A DNA stretch of 64,000 nt from an uncultured Actinomycetes bacterium (GCA_964640385.1 CAZXFL010000002.1:27045-91044), one strand, 5' to 3'; numbered from the stretch's first letter, positions 9,227 to 18,952 are shown. Program-made: numbers and translations. The notes: generated by a model not told the origin, from the letters alone.

Positions 9227-9898
9227 CTAGCCGTTGCCGCTCTCGCGCAGGAACGCCAGGACCGCCATGACCCTCCGGTGCACCTGGGGCTCTTCGGACA
9301 GCGCAAGCTTGTGGAACAAGGAGTTGATGTGCTTCTCGACGGCGCGGTCGGTCAGGAACAGCGCCGCCGCGATCGCGGCGTTGTTCTTGCCCTGCGCCAT
9401 CTGTTCCAGAACCTCGCGTTCCCGTTCCGTCAGTTGCGCCAGCGGCGAGTTCGCCTCGCGGTCCTTGCGCGCGACCAGCGCCTCAACGACCGCTGGATCG
9501 AGCACGGAGCCTCCCTTGGCGACCTCGCGGATCGCTCGGACCAGTTCATCCACGTCCGCAACGCGCTCCTTCAGCAGATACGCGAGTCCGGAGGCGCCGT
9601 TCTTCAGCAACTCGTAGGCGTAGTCGTCCTCGACGTATTGGGAGAGCACGACGACACCTGTTTCCGGATGCTTGGCCCGGATCGTCTTCGCCGCGTCGAT
9701 GCCCTCGGTGGTGTTGGTGGGGGGCATCCGGATGTCGGTCAGGACCACATCGGGCGCTTCGCGCTCGACCGCAGCCATGAGACCGTCGAAGTCCTCGACC
9801 GTCGTGACCAGTTCCAGGTCGTCGACCGTCGCGAGCAGCGACGCCGTGCCTTCCCTGACCAGGTAGTTGTCTTCCGCGAAGACGAGGCGGAGCGCCAT
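9227..9898 (-). CDS. NarL/FixJ-family response regulator (REC + LuxR-type HTH)
   Basis: MALRLVFAEDNYLVREG...DVVLTDIRMPP...VVVLSQY...LLK, then REREVLEQMAQGKNNAAIAAALFLTDRAVEKHINSLFHKL. The track ORF is over-extended. The ATG at 9898 fits the family N-terminus. Confidence 0.9.
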   Translation of the reverse strand: MALRLVFAEDNYLVREGTASLLATVDDLELVTTVEDFDGLMAAVEREAPDVVLTDIRMPPTNTTEGIDAAKTIRAKHPETGVVVLSQYVEDDYAYELLKNGASGLAYLLKERVADVDELVRAIREVAKGGSVLDPAVVEALVARKDREANSPLAQLTEREREVLEQMAQGKNNAAIAAALFLTDRAVEKHINSLFHKLALSEEPQVHRRVMAVLAFLRESGNG

Positions 9899-9930
9899 CC
9901 GCGCATCGTACACGGGGGGAGGCGGGCGGC

Positions 9931-11220
9931 GTGAGCATCCGAGTCGTCCTTGCCGATGACAACGTGCTCGTGCGGGAGGGCGTGCGTGCGCTGCTTGATG
10001 CGACCGATGGGATCGAGGTCGTCGGGGTCGCCGACGACGCACCCTCACTGCTCGTTGCCGCGAAGGAACACGAGCCGGACGTGGTCGTGACCGACATCAA
10101 GATGCCGCCGCTCTTCCAGCTCGAGGGGATCGACTGCGCACACGAGATCCGCCGTACCCAGCCGGGGACCGGCGTCGTCGTGCTGTCCGCCCACGACGAC
10201 GAGGCCTACGCGATCGCACTGCTCGGCGGCGGCCACAGCGGCCTGGCGTACCTGCTGAAGGATCGCATCGCGCAGGGGGATGAGCTCGCGCGCGCCATCA
10301 GCGAGGTCGCCGTCGGGGGCTCGACCGTCGACCCGGTCATCGCCGAGCGCCTGGCCGGACGGCGCGAGGCAAAGGAAGAGGATCGCGAGATCCTCGATCT
10401 GATGGCGCAGGGCCTCGGCTACGCGGAGATGGCGGCGAGGCTCGAGACGACCCAGGAGGCGATCGATCACCGCGTCACGTCCCTGTTCGTCCAACTCGCG
10501 GGTGAGGCGGGCCACGGCGAGGCGCACGCCGTTGACGAACTGAAACGTCTACACGCCGCGGTGGTCGATCGGGAGTCGTCGGCGCGTACCCTGCGGTCGT
10601 TCGTTCCGCAGGGCGTGGCCGCCAAGCTCGAGTCGAGCGATGTCGATGCCGCCTCGGTCCAGGAGGAGGTCGAGGCGACGATCCTGTTCTCGGACATCCG
10701 AGGCTTCTCGACCCTGGCTGAGCAGATGTCGGCCCGCGAGATCGCCGACCTTGTCGGCCGGCACCTCACCGCGATGGCCGAGGTGGTTCAGGAGCACGGC
10801 GGTATGGTTGACAAGTTCGCCGGGGACGCGGTCATGGCGGTGTTCGGCGCGCCGGACCCGATGCCGGATCACGCCGCGCGAGCGCTTCGGTGCGCCCTCG
10901 CGATGCAGGCGCGGCAGGCAGAACTGAACGGGGACGCCGAGGCGAATGGGGTGCCTCCCCTCCACATGGGGGTCGGCGTGAACACCGGCGTCGTGATCGC
11001 CGGAACGATCGGCGGCGGGGGAAGGCTGGAGTACACGGTCGTGGGGGACGCCGTGAACGTCGCGCAGCGGCTGCAAGGCGAAGCCAAGGGTGGTGAGGTC
11101 CTGGCGACCGCCGCCTCCATCGCTGCAGCCCCGGACGTGCGCGCAAAGCCGGCGGGAAGCAAGCAGGTCAAAGGGCGGAAGGAAGCGGTCGAGGCGTTCC
11201 GCGTCCTCAGCGAACGGTGA
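9931..11220 (+). CDS. Response regulator receiver + LuxR-type HTH + class III adenylate/guanylate cyclase fusion
   Basis: REC: IRVVLADDNVLVREG...DVVVTDIKMPP...VVVLSAH...LLK. HTH: EDREILDLMAQGLGYAEMAARLETTQEAIDHRVTSLFVQL. Cyclase: EATILFSDIRGFSTL, VDKFAGDAVMAVFG, VGVNTGVVIAGTIGG..RLEYTVVGDAVNVAQRLQ. GTG start with GGGGGAGG upstream. Confidence 0.9.
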   Translation: MSIRVVLADDNVLVREGVRALLDATDGIEVVGVADDAPSLLVAAKEHEPDVVVTDIKMPPLFQLEGIDCAHEIRRTQPGTGVVVLSAHDDEAYAIALLGGGHSGLAYLLKDRIAQGDELARAISEVAVGGSTVDPVIAERLAGRREAKEEDREILDLMAQGLGYAEMAARLETTQEAIDHRVTSLFVQLAGEAGHGEAHAVDELKRLHAAVVDRESSARTLRSFVPQGVAAKLESSDVDAASVQEEVEATILFSDIRGFSTLAEQMSAREIADLVGRHLTAMAEVVQEHGGMVDKFAGDAVMAVFGAPDPMPDHAARALRCALAMQARQAELNGDAEANGVPPLHMGVGVNTGVVIAGTIGGGGRLEYTVVGDAVNVAQRLQGEAKGGEVLATAASIAAAPDVRAKPAGSKQVKGRKEAVEAFRVLSER

Positions 11221-12796
11221 CTTCGACCTCGTCGTAGCCCGTCGCTCCCGACGGGTACGGTTCGGCGAACGCTGCTTCCTGCACCGTGCCGGTGCCATCG
11301 GTCGCGCGAACGGCCAGCGTGTAGTCGCCGGCCCCCGGCGGTTGCCAATCGAAGCGCCACAATCGCCACGTCAACGGTGAGAGCGCCGTCTTGAGCTGCG
11401 CCTGGTCCCACGTGGCGCCGCCGTCGCTGGAGACCTCGACCGTGGAGATCTCACGGCCGGCGAACGCGACGCCGGCGACCGTGACCCGGCCGGCGACCTC
11501 GGCCCCATCGTGCGGGGTATCGATCCGAGACATCGTCTTGATGATCGCTTCCTTCGTCCAGCCGCGCCGTTCCCAGTAGCCGTCGTACGGCTGGCCGACC
11601 ACCTCGATCTCGCCGAGCCACTTGGGGTTCTTCATCCCGAACGTGCCGACACCCAGGAGCCGCGCCGGGAACCCGTGCGCGCGCGGGAGGAGGTTTCCGC
11701 CCATGCCGATCGCGATGAGGGTCTGCTCGTCCAGCGCCTGCTCGACCGGCATGCTGTCGGAGTAGCCGCTGACGGCGCGGAACACGACCTCGACCGCTCC
11801 GTCGCCCATGCCGCCCGCCCGTTCGAGCAGGCGCGCGAGCGGCACCCCGGTCCACCGCTGCGTGGACATGATGTCCCCGCCGACCGGGTTCGAGATGCAC
11901 TCGAGGGTCTGGTAGCGCTCGAGTGCCGGGAGCGAGAGCAGGTCCTGGTGGGTGAGGGTCACCGGGCGAGCGACCAGGCCGACGATCGACAACCGCCACG
12001 TTGCGGGATCGATGTCGGGGCGGATGATCTCCTCGTTGACGACGTAGAAGTCGGCGAGCGAGGTGATCTCCTGGGTGAGACCGGGGATCGCGGCGAAGGC
12101 GCCGTCCTCCGCCGAGGGGGTCGGCACGGCCGCCGGGGTCACGTTCGCGAGGGTGAGGGACCGCGTGCCGGGGTCGGGCCGGCGATACAGGAACCGCGAT
12201 GGATCGAGGAGCCCGACCGCGATCCCGGCACTACCCACCGCGGCCGCGCGCACGAAGGTCCTGCGCGACCGATCTCTCGTGACGTTCGGCATGTGCAGGG
12301 GCGGCTCGGCGAGGCGGCGGTAGGTCCGTCCCGCGAAGGCGCCCGCCGCCAGGAACAGCGGGAGCTGGACGGCGGCAAACACCGCCCGCGAGGCGTGATC
12401 GGCGAGTGTCGGATAGAGGGCGACGGTCGCAAGCCACGGCAGGACGAAGACACCGGCACCGATGAGCGCCGTGCTGCGTCCTCCGCCCGCGGCCAGACGC
12501 CAGATGAACAGACCCAGCAGCAGCCCCGACGCGACGAACGCGACCGCGGTCCCGATGACCGCGAGTCGCAGGGCCCAATGGCCGAGTAGGTCGATGAAGA
12601 TGGTGTCGAAGCTCGCGGGTGGGAGACGGATCAGCGTCTGCGCGATCGCGACCGGAGGGAACGCGATATGCGGGACGAGCATGTTGAGTAGGGCGCTAGC
12701 AGCGGTCAGCGCCGACATCCCTGCGAGCCCGGCGATCGCGGCGGACCGCCGGTCGGTCCGCGCCGGGCGAGGGTCCGTGTCCAGGCTTCGCTCCAT
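11207..12796 (-). CDS. Molybdopterin-dependent oxidoreductase (sulfite-oxidase/YedY-like Mo domain) with an N-terminal multi-TM domain and a C-terminal Ig-like domain
   Basis: 529 aa. About 5 hydrophobic helices, then ...YQTLECISNPVGG...WTGVPL...LLPRAHGFPARLLGVGTFGMKNPKWL..., typical of the oxidoreductase molybdopterin-binding fold. GGAGGG RBS. The 3' end overlaps the convergent cyclase gene by 14 nt. Confidence 0.85.
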   Translation of the reverse strand: MERSLDTDPRPARTDRRSAAIAGLAGMSALTAASALLNMLVPHIAFPPVAIAQTLIRLPPASFDTIFIDLLGHWALRLAVIGTAVAFVASGLLLGLFIWRLAAGGGRSTALIGAGVFVLPWLATVALYPTLADHASRAVFAAVQLPLFLAAGAFAGRTYRRLAEPPLHMPNVTRDRSRRTFVRAAAVGSAGIAVGLLDPSRFLYRRPDPGTRSLTLANVTPAAVPTPSAEDGAFAAIPGLTQEITSLADFYVVNEEIIRPDIDPATWRLSIVGLVARPVTLTHQDLLSLPALERYQTLECISNPVGGDIMSTQRWTGVPLARLLERAGGMGDGAVEVVFRAVSGYSDSMPVEQALDEQTLIAIGMGGNLLPRAHGFPARLLGVGTFGMKNPKWLGEIEVVGQPYDGYWERRGWTKEAIIKTMSRIDTPHDGAEVAGRVTVAGVAFAGREISTVEVSSDGGATWDQAQLKTALSPLTWRLWRFDWQPPGAGDYTLAVRATDGTGTVQEAAFAEPYPSGATGYDEVEVTVR

Positions 12797-12871
12797 CTCA
12801 CCCTCCAGTGAACACCCGAGTCCTTATGGGGGTATTACCGGGCTCTTGCTCAGGCGTGAAACGGGCGAGGG

Positions 12872-14815
12872 TCAGGCCTGCGCCGCCTCTGCCGAGTGCC
12901 GCCGAAGTGCGACGATCGCCAGGGGCGCCCAGCCGAGGAGCGCCGCGCCCACGGTCACGACCTTGATCGGCGTGCCGGAGAACGGGGCCCCGAACCGGCT
13001 CCCGACGACCCCGCCGAGCGCCAGTGTCACGATCCCGAACGCTGGTGCGAGGGCGATCCGGTAGACCCATGGCGCCTCGATCAGACTGACTGCCCAGCCG
13101 AGCCCGGCGAGGGCCAGCAGCATGAGCAGTGCAGTGGTTCGCCAGGTGAGCGACCAAGGGGAGGACGGGGCAAGGTGCGGTCTCGCCTGCGCGATGCGTT
13201 CTGTCGGGACCGGTCCGCGCACGATGGTGATGCCATCGGTGAGCGCGAACCCCACCGTGATGATCTCCTCGGTTCCGGGTTCCGGGGACAGGTCCACCAC
13301 GACCGCATCCTGCGCGAGCGCTTCCTGCACCGACGGCCAGGTCTTGAGTGACTTGCGGTTGAACTCGTCCTGGCCCTCGACGATGGTCGGCTGTCCGGCG
13401 AGCAGCGTCTCCGTATCACCCAGGTATGCGTACGTCCGTGGGATGAGGTCGGCGGGCAGGACCGCCCGGATCAGATGTAGTGCCGTGGCGGTGCGCTGCT
13501 GGTCGACGAACACGACGGGGCCGTCCCATCCGACCGACATCAGGTAGCGCTCGACCGTCTCGACCTCCGCGATCTTCGCAGCGACGGGCTCGTTCTCGTC
13601 CCACATCGGGTCATCGCCGTTCCAGCCGGCTTGCGCTGCACCGACCGAGGCGGCGATCCCGAGGACCATCAGGGTTGCGCCGAGCACGCGCCCGATCGGG
13701 CCGAAGCGGCGTCCTAGGCGTCCGGGCCAGACGACCGCGACCGCACCGAGGAGGGGGATCCCGAGGGCGAACCCAAGGAATCGATACGCCGCGAACTGGA
13801 TGCCCGAGTCGAACGCCCAGACGGCCGCGACGCCGATCGCGGCCCACGCGAGTGCCAGGAGCACCGCCCGCCACCGTGGTCGGGTGGCGGCCAGCAGGAC
13901 CAGGAATGCTCCGGTCGTCGCCAGGGCAACCGTGATGGACAGGGAGAACAGCGGCACGAACGCGTGGAACTTCTCGACCAGCCGGGAAGGGTCGTTCGAG
14001 GGAAGCACGGACGGGAGCGCCGGGCCGATCAACAGCGCTGTGAACCCGCCTCCCAGGGCGAGAGCGACCGTGGCGATCATGCGTCCGGACTCGGTGTTGG
14101 GGAGCGGGACCCGCGAGGAGCGATGGACCCGGACTGACGAGGGGGTCCGCAGGACCGCAACCACACCCACGAGCGCGAGGAAGACGAGCGTGAAGATCCA
14201 GTGGATGACCGCCGCGCCCGTGAGCAGGAACGCCGCCGCGGCCATCGAGCGGCGCGTGAGGGGTTTGGGCGAGGTTCGACGCGCAACCGGCGTCAGCGTG
14301 ACGGCGACGGCAGCGGCCATGAGGACGCCGTCCACGATCAGGTTGTCCGCGTACCCGACCGCGGTCCGAGCGACCTGGATCGACGCGCCAACTACTAACA
14401 GGAAGATCGCGAACACCCACCGGGGATGCCCCAGACATCTGACCGCGAACACGCCTGCGCCCAGACCGATGATGATCGCCATCACCGCGGGCAGGATCTC
14501 CGCCAACCGGATGGGGTCGATGCCCAGCGTTCCCCAGACGGTCGCCGCGATGGCCGGGTAGCCGGGGCGGTCGGGATTGTCCTCGAACTCGGGGGGTGCG
14601 GATCCGGGGATCGCGCCCAGTCCCTGATCGGCGGCGAGCGTCGCCCGCCAGATGTACTTCTTCGTGTCGATCCCGACCGGGAATGAGACCCGGCCGCTGA
14701 GGTACGGCGCCAGGAACAGCGCCGCGACCCCTGCCATCGCCAGGACGACGGAGAGGACGACGAAGGCGCTACTCGACGGGGGGCGCTGGTCGTCCCTCCG
14801 TTTGGTTCCCGTCAT
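12872..14815 (-). CDS. Large polytopic membrane protein (possibly GT-C-like) with an internal soluble domain
   Basis: I trimmed the 971-aa track ORF to the Met at 14815 (MTGTKRRDDQRPPSSSAFVVLSVVLAMAG...), because the upstream 324 codons are antisense to etfB. At least 12 hydrophobic segments. No catalytic motif recognised. Confidence 0.7.
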   Translation of the reverse strand: MTGTKRRDDQRPPSSSAFVVLSVVLAMAGVAALFLAPYLSGRVSFPVGIDTKKYIWRATLAADQGLGAIPGSAPPEFEDNPDRPGYPAIAATVWGTLGIDPIRLAEILPAVMAIIIGLGAGVFAVRCLGHPRWVFAIFLLVVGASIQVARTAVGYADNLIVDGVLMAAAVAVTLTPVARRTSPKPLTRRSMAAAAFLLTGAAVIHWIFTLVFLALVGVVAVLRTPSSVRVHRSSRVPLPNTESGRMIATVALALGGGFTALLIGPALPSVLPSNDPSRLVEKFHAFVPLFSLSITVALATTGAFLVLLAATRPRWRAVLLALAWAAIGVAAVWAFDSGIQFAAYRFLGFALGIPLLGAVAVVWPGRLGRRFGPIGRVLGATLMVLGIAASVGAAQAGWNGDDPMWDENEPVAAKIAEVETVERYLMSVGWDGPVVFVDQQRTATALHLIRAVLPADLIPRTYAYLGDTETLLAGQPTIVEGQDEFNRKSLKTWPSVQEALAQDAVVVDLSPEPGTEEIITVGFALTDGITIVRGPVPTERIAQARPHLAPSSPWSLTWRTTALLMLLALAGLGWAVSLIEAPWVYRIALAPAFGIVTLALGGVVGSRFGAPFSGTPIKVVTVGAALLGWAPLAIVALRRHSAEAAQA

Positions 14816-15010
14816 GCGCTCCCTCGACGCCGGCTGAGCGGATAGTACCCGGCAACGCTGGCGAGCCCCGGCGGTGGCGGCGCCCCTCGATCGCCGGCCG
14901 TGGCATCGGACCGCATCTCCTCTATCCTCTCCTGGTCGCGCCCACGGGCGAGGCAGGCGGGGACCTCCGGCGAGGGCTTCCGCCGTGACCGCCAGCGGAG
15001 GGAACGCCAG

Positions 15011-15778
15011 ATGCAGATCGCGGTTCTGTGCAAGTGGGTCCCGAACCCTCAGGGGGTTCAGGAGATCGGTGCGGACAACCTGATCGTGCGGTCCGGCGTC
15101 GAGGGGGCGCTCGACCCCGGCGACGAGTTCGGCCTGGAGGCCGCCCTGCAGATCGCCGAGGCGAACGGGGGAGAGGTCACCGTCGTCTCGATGGGACCGG
15201 AAGAGGCCGTCGCTGCGGTTCAGCGCGGACTGGCGATGGGCGCCGCGAAGGGGGTCTTGGTCACCGACGATGCGTTGCGCGGCGCCGACGTTCTGGTCAC
15301 CGCCCAGGTCCTGGCCGCGGCGCTCAAGCGTGGGTCCTACGATGTCGTGATCGGTGGTGTCGAGTCCACCGACGGGTACACGGGTACGCTGCCGGTCACC
15401 GTCGCCGAGCTGCTCGGCTTGCCCAGTCTCACGTTCGCCAAGAAGGTGGAGGTTTCCGGGGGGACGGCGCGTATCGAGCGGCAGACCGAGTCGGGCTACG
15501 ACGTGGTCGAGTGCCCGTTGCCGGCCGTCATCACCGTGACCGCGGGCGCGAACGAGCCCCGGTACCCGAACCTCAAGGGCATCATGCAGGCCAAGCAGAA
15601 GCCGTTGGAGCGTCTGAGCGTCGGCGATCTCGGGCTCGGGACGGACGATATCGAGTCGACGCAGACCGTGACGAGTATCACGGACGCGCCGGCGAAGGCG
15701 GGCGGCGAGGTCATCGAAGCGGGGGACGACACCGCAGCTCGTATCGCGGATCTGCTGGCGGAAGCGAAGGTGATCTGA
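15011..15778 (+). CDS. etfB: Electron transfer flavoprotein subunit beta
   Basis: [13 protein letters not shown]...[11 protein letters not shown]...VTVVSMGP...GADLVL-like motifs, with a GGAGGGA RBS. Track ORF trimmed to the ATG at 15011. Confidence 0.9.
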   Translation: MQIAVLCKWVPNPQGVQEIGADNLIVRSGVEGALDPGDEFGLEAALQIAEANGGEVTVVSMGPEEAVAAVQRGLAMGAAKGVLVTDDALRGADVLVTAQVLAAALKRGSYDVVIGGVESTDGYTGTLPVTVAELLGLPSLTFAKKVEVSGGTARIERQTESGYDVVECPLPAVITVTAGANEPRYPNLKGIMQAKQKPLERLSVGDLGLGTDDIESTQTVTSITDAPAKAGGEVIEAGDDTAARIADLLAEAKVI

Positions 15779-15779
15779 C

Positions 15780-16739
15780 GTGACCAAGGTATGGGTCTAC
15801 GCGGACATCTCGTCGGCCGGCCCCAGTCCGGCGGCGCTGGAACTGCTCACCAAGGCGCGCGCGATCGGCGACGAGGTCGAGGCTGTTGCGCTCGGGCCGG
15901 GCTCAGCGGCGGCAGCCGCGAGCCTCGGTGAGTACGGCGCGCAGACGGTCTACGCGAGTGACGAGGCCGTCTTCGACGAGCACCCGGGGCAGCCGGCCGC
16001 TCACGTCCTAGCGGGCCTGGTCGCCGATCACCTCCCGGACCTCATCCTGTTCGCGACCTCCTACGACTCGCGCGATGTCGCCGGCCGCCTGCAGGCCAAG
16101 CTGCGCTCCACGCTGATGAGCAACGCGACGGACATCGCGGGATCCGATGAGGCATCGACCGAGATCCAGGGCGGGACCAAAGCCGTTGCGGTCGGCCTCG
16201 GCGGGTTCGAGCCGAAGTTGGTCCTCATGCGGCCGAAGTCCGTGCAGGCGGAGTCGTCGGGAGGAACCGCCGAGGTGGTCACGGTCGCGGCCGACGTTCC
16301 GGACGATCAGAAGACGGTCACGCGCATCGAGCGCCACGAGGAGGGATCCACCGGGCCGAAGCTCGAGGACGCCAAGGTCGTGCTCGCCGGCGGTCGCGGG
16401 CTGAAGGAGCCCAGCAACTTCAAGCTCCTCGACGAGCTGGCGGGCGCCATCGGGGACGCAGCGGTCGGGGCCAGCCGGGCCGCCGTCGACGCGGGCTGGG
16501 TTCCCTACAGCTACCAGATCGGTCAAACGGGTAAGACCGTCAAGCCGGAGGTCTACATCGCGGTCGGCATCAGCGGCGCCATCCAGCATGCGGTCGGCAT
16601 GAAGGGTTCGAAGCGCATCATCGCGATCAACAAAGATGCCGACGCGCCGATCTTCCAGCTCGCCGACCTCGGGGTCGTCGGCGACCTGTTCACCATCGTC
16701 CCTCAGCTCATCGAGGAGATCGCGAAGCGGCGGGCGTAA
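15780..16739 (+). CDS. etfA: Electron transfer flavoprotein subunit alpha
   Basis: C-terminal FAD-binding signature VVLAGGRGL...[46 protein letters not shown]. Starts 2 nt after etfB. Confidence 0.92.
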   Translation: MTKVWVYADISSAGPSPAALELLTKARAIGDEVEAVALGPGSAAAAASLGEYGAQTVYASDEAVFDEHPGQPAAHVLAGLVADHLPDLILFATSYDSRDVAGRLQAKLRSTLMSNATDIAGSDEASTEIQGGTKAVAVGLGGFEPKLVLMRPKSVQAESSGGTAEVVTVAADVPDDQKTVTRIERHEEGSTGPKLEDAKVVLAGGRGLKEPSNFKLLDELAGAIGDAAVGASRAAVDAGWVPYSYQIGQTGKTVKPEVYIAVGISGAIQHAVGMKGSKRIIAINKDADAPIFQLADLGVVGDLFTIVPQLIEEIAKRRA

Positions 16740-16762
16740 CGCGCCCCCGTTCGCCGGAGCGG

Positions 16763-18133
16763 TTATCCCTGCGCCTTGAACGTGTCCCAGACGTCCTGCC
16801 ACTGCCCGTCGACATCTGGGGTGAGCTCGCACAGGATCCGGCCCTTCGCGAAGTCTTCTTCGGTCGGGATGGCGGTCTCGAGACTCGGCTGGACGACGCG
16901 CCCGGTTTGCCACGTTCCGCGGCCCTTGATCAGGTCATCCCGGTTCAAGCCCGCCATCGGTGGGACGTAGCCGAGCCACTGGAAGTTCACGATCGAGTTC
17001 CCGCTGTTGTCGCTGGCGTTGAAGTCCAGCATGAAGTTCAGGAAGTGATGCGCGAGCACCGGGTTCTTCCCGCTACTGACGACCGCCATCATGTCGTTGC
17101 CGATCATCATGTTCTCCGACGGCGCCCAGTAGCGGATGACATCCTTGTCCACCTGGTAGTCGGGGAAGTAATACTGCACGGAGACGAAGTCACCGGACCA
17201 CCCCTGGTGGATCAGGGATGCCCCTTCGGGGAGGTCCGTGTAGTCGGTGATGTCGGCCTTGACGTCGACGTTGTTCACCATCTCGATCAGCTCGGCCTGA
17301 GCGGTTGCGAGGTTCGCGGCCCGCGTCGACTCGTCGTCGGTATTGACGTCGTAGATGCCGTTCTTCAACAGCGTCATCCCGATGGCTTCTTTGTAGTCGT
17401 CGAGGATGTGGACCTTCCCCTTGTACGCGGAGTCCCACAGGATCTCGTAGGGGTTGGGCATCGACGGGATGACGTCTTCGCCCGGTCCGGTGAGCGATGA
17501 ACCGCGCGGCTGGTCGATCCGCCAGCCGATGCCGGTCGTGTAGACCGTGTACGGCACGGTGAAGAGCGCGCCGACGTCGTAGAACGGCGTCTGGGGGAGG
17601 GTGCCGTGGTACACCTCCCATGTGTTCGTCAGGTTCGGGAGGTAGGACTTGTTGAGTGGGCGGAGGAGGCCGCTCGAGGCGAGCCGCGCGAGAACGTTCG
17701 GCGACGGGAAGTAGACGTCGTAGGGGGTGTCGGTTGCGGTGAGCGTCCCGAGCGCCTCCTGCTCCGTATTGAACGTGTTGCGGTTGACCTTGACGCCGTA
17801 CTGTTCCTCGAACAGTCCGATGACGCGAGGATTGATGTAGTCCTCCCAGTTGTACAACTCGAGGGGACCGGTCTCGGGCTTGAGGCCGTCGGCGATCATG
17901 TCTACTTCGTTCACCTTTAGGGTGACGGGGTTGTCCGGTCGTGCTGGATGCAGGATCGACTCGTCCACCTTTCCCTGCTTCGTCGGATCCGTGCAGGCGG
18001 CAAGCAGCGCGCTCGCGAGCGGGATGCTCGCCGCGGTCAGTCCGGTGGCGCGCAGGAACGAGCGCCGATCCATCTGCGTCCGGCCCATCCCGAACGGGCG
18101 CTTGCGTCCGCCTTGCCTCGGGTGCATGGTCAT
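16763..18133 (-). CDS. Polyamine-type (PotD/PotF family) ABC transporter substrate-binding lipoprotein. Orphan, with no permease or ATPase nearby.
   Basis: Tat/lipoprotein signal MDRRSFLRATGLTAASIPLASALLAAC. Family-like core LELYNWEDYINP...YDVYFPS.... A strong GGAGGGAGG lies 6 nt before the ATG at 18133. Confidence 0.85.
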   Translation of the reverse strand: MTMHPRQGGRKRPFGMGRTQMDRRSFLRATGLTAASIPLASALLAACTDPTKQGKVDESILHPARPDNPVTLKVNEVDMIADGLKPETGPLELYNWEDYINPRVIGLFEEQYGVKVNRNTFNTEQEALGTLTATDTPYDVYFPSPNVLARLASSGLLRPLNKSYLPNLTNTWEVYHGTLPQTPFYDVGALFTVPYTVYTTGIGWRIDQPRGSSLTGPGEDVIPSMPNPYEILWDSAYKGKVHILDDYKEAIGMTLLKNGIYDVNTDDESTRAANLATAQAELIEMVNNVDVKADITDYTDLPEGASLIHQGWSGDFVSVQYYFPDYQVDKDVIRYWAPSENMMIGNDMMAVVSSGKNPVLAHHFLNFMLDFNASDNSGNSIVNFQWLGYVPPMAGLNRDDLIKGRGTWQTGRVVQPSLETAIPTEEDFAKGRILCELTPDVDGQWQDVWDTFKAQG

Positions 18134-18244
18134 GTGGATCCTCCCTCCGGTGGAGTCCTGAGTATCACGCCTCGCTCCCCGACCTGCAAGGGAGGGCGCC
18201 GGGGCGCTTCACAAGATGCGGCTCCTGGGCGTAGGGTGCTAGCT

Positions 18245-18952
18245 ATGGAAGAGTTGGTTCGCGGGTACGTCGAGGGGCAGGTCTCCCGCCGCACCTTCAT
18301 CCGCCGGGCGGTCGCCGCTGGCCTGACCGTGAGTGGGGCCATCGTGTACGCCGACCTGCTGGCAGCCACGCCTGCCTACGCGGCCACCCGCCACGTCGAT
18401 GTGGACGACTACCTGTTCTACACACCGACGACGGCCGCGAAGCTGGGCGAATACGTCGAATGGGACTGGTCCCCCTCGTCCTCAGCGCATCGCGTGATGT
18501 ATACCGTCGAGGGGATCGACCTGGGGACCCTGCAACCGTTCAACGCCGGGCCTTTCCCGGCCGGCTATTTCGATACGTTCGACCACCGTGGCCTGTTCTC
18601 GGTCGCCGGGACGTGGAACTACACCTGTCCCGATCCCTTGCACGGATCGGGGCTCCCGATGAACGGGTCGATCGAGATCCCGCCTCGCGTGGGCCCTCGT
18701 CGGGGCAGCGTTGGCGATCGCTTCCTGATCGAGTGGGCGATCAGCCCGCCCACCTTCGGGGTGTTCGATGTGGACGTGAAGGAGCCGGGCGGAAACTGGA
18801 AGCGCTGGCGTAACGCCGTGGATCGAACGGTCACCGAGGGGCGGTACAAGGCGACAGAGAAGGGGCGGCATCGCGTCCGTGCCCGGTTCCGCAATCCGGC
18901 CCAGCCCGCCTCCGCCGGGTGGTCGCCGGATGCCATCTTCACCGCTCGGTGA
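18245..18952 (+). CDS. Tat-exported cupredoxin-like protein with a C-terminal Fn3-like module
   Basis: SRRTFIRRAVAAGL...AYA twin-arginine signal. Candidate type-1 Cu ligands are SSAHRV ... YTCPDPLHGSGLPM (C-x4-H-x5-M). Track ORF trimmed to the ATG at 18245. Confidence 0.6.
   Translation: MEELVRGYVEGQVSRRTFIRRAVAAGLTVSGAIVYADLLAATPAYAATRHVDVDDYLFYTPTTAAKLGEYVEWDWSPSSSAHRVMYTVEGIDLGTLQPFNAGPFPAGYFDTFDHRGLFSVAGTWNYTCPDPLHGSGLPMNGSIEIPPRVGPRRGSVGDRFLIEWAISPPTFGVFDVDVKEPGGNWKRWRNAVDRTVTEGRYKATEKGRHRVRARFRNPAQPASAGWSPDAIFTAR

Noticed and set aside
11207-11220. 14-nt overlaps of convergent gene ends (also 18939..18952, and 4 nt at 25850..25853) as possible antisense regulation.
   Set aside because: Short 3' overlaps are common in compact high-GC genomes. 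The sequence offers nothing further to support a regulatory role.
14816-15787. N-terminal 324 codons of the 971-aa ORF 12872..15787 (-).
   Set aside because: This part is antisense to etfB and has shadow-ORF composition. The membrane protein starts plausibly at the Met at 14815, which has an upstream GAGGGAG.
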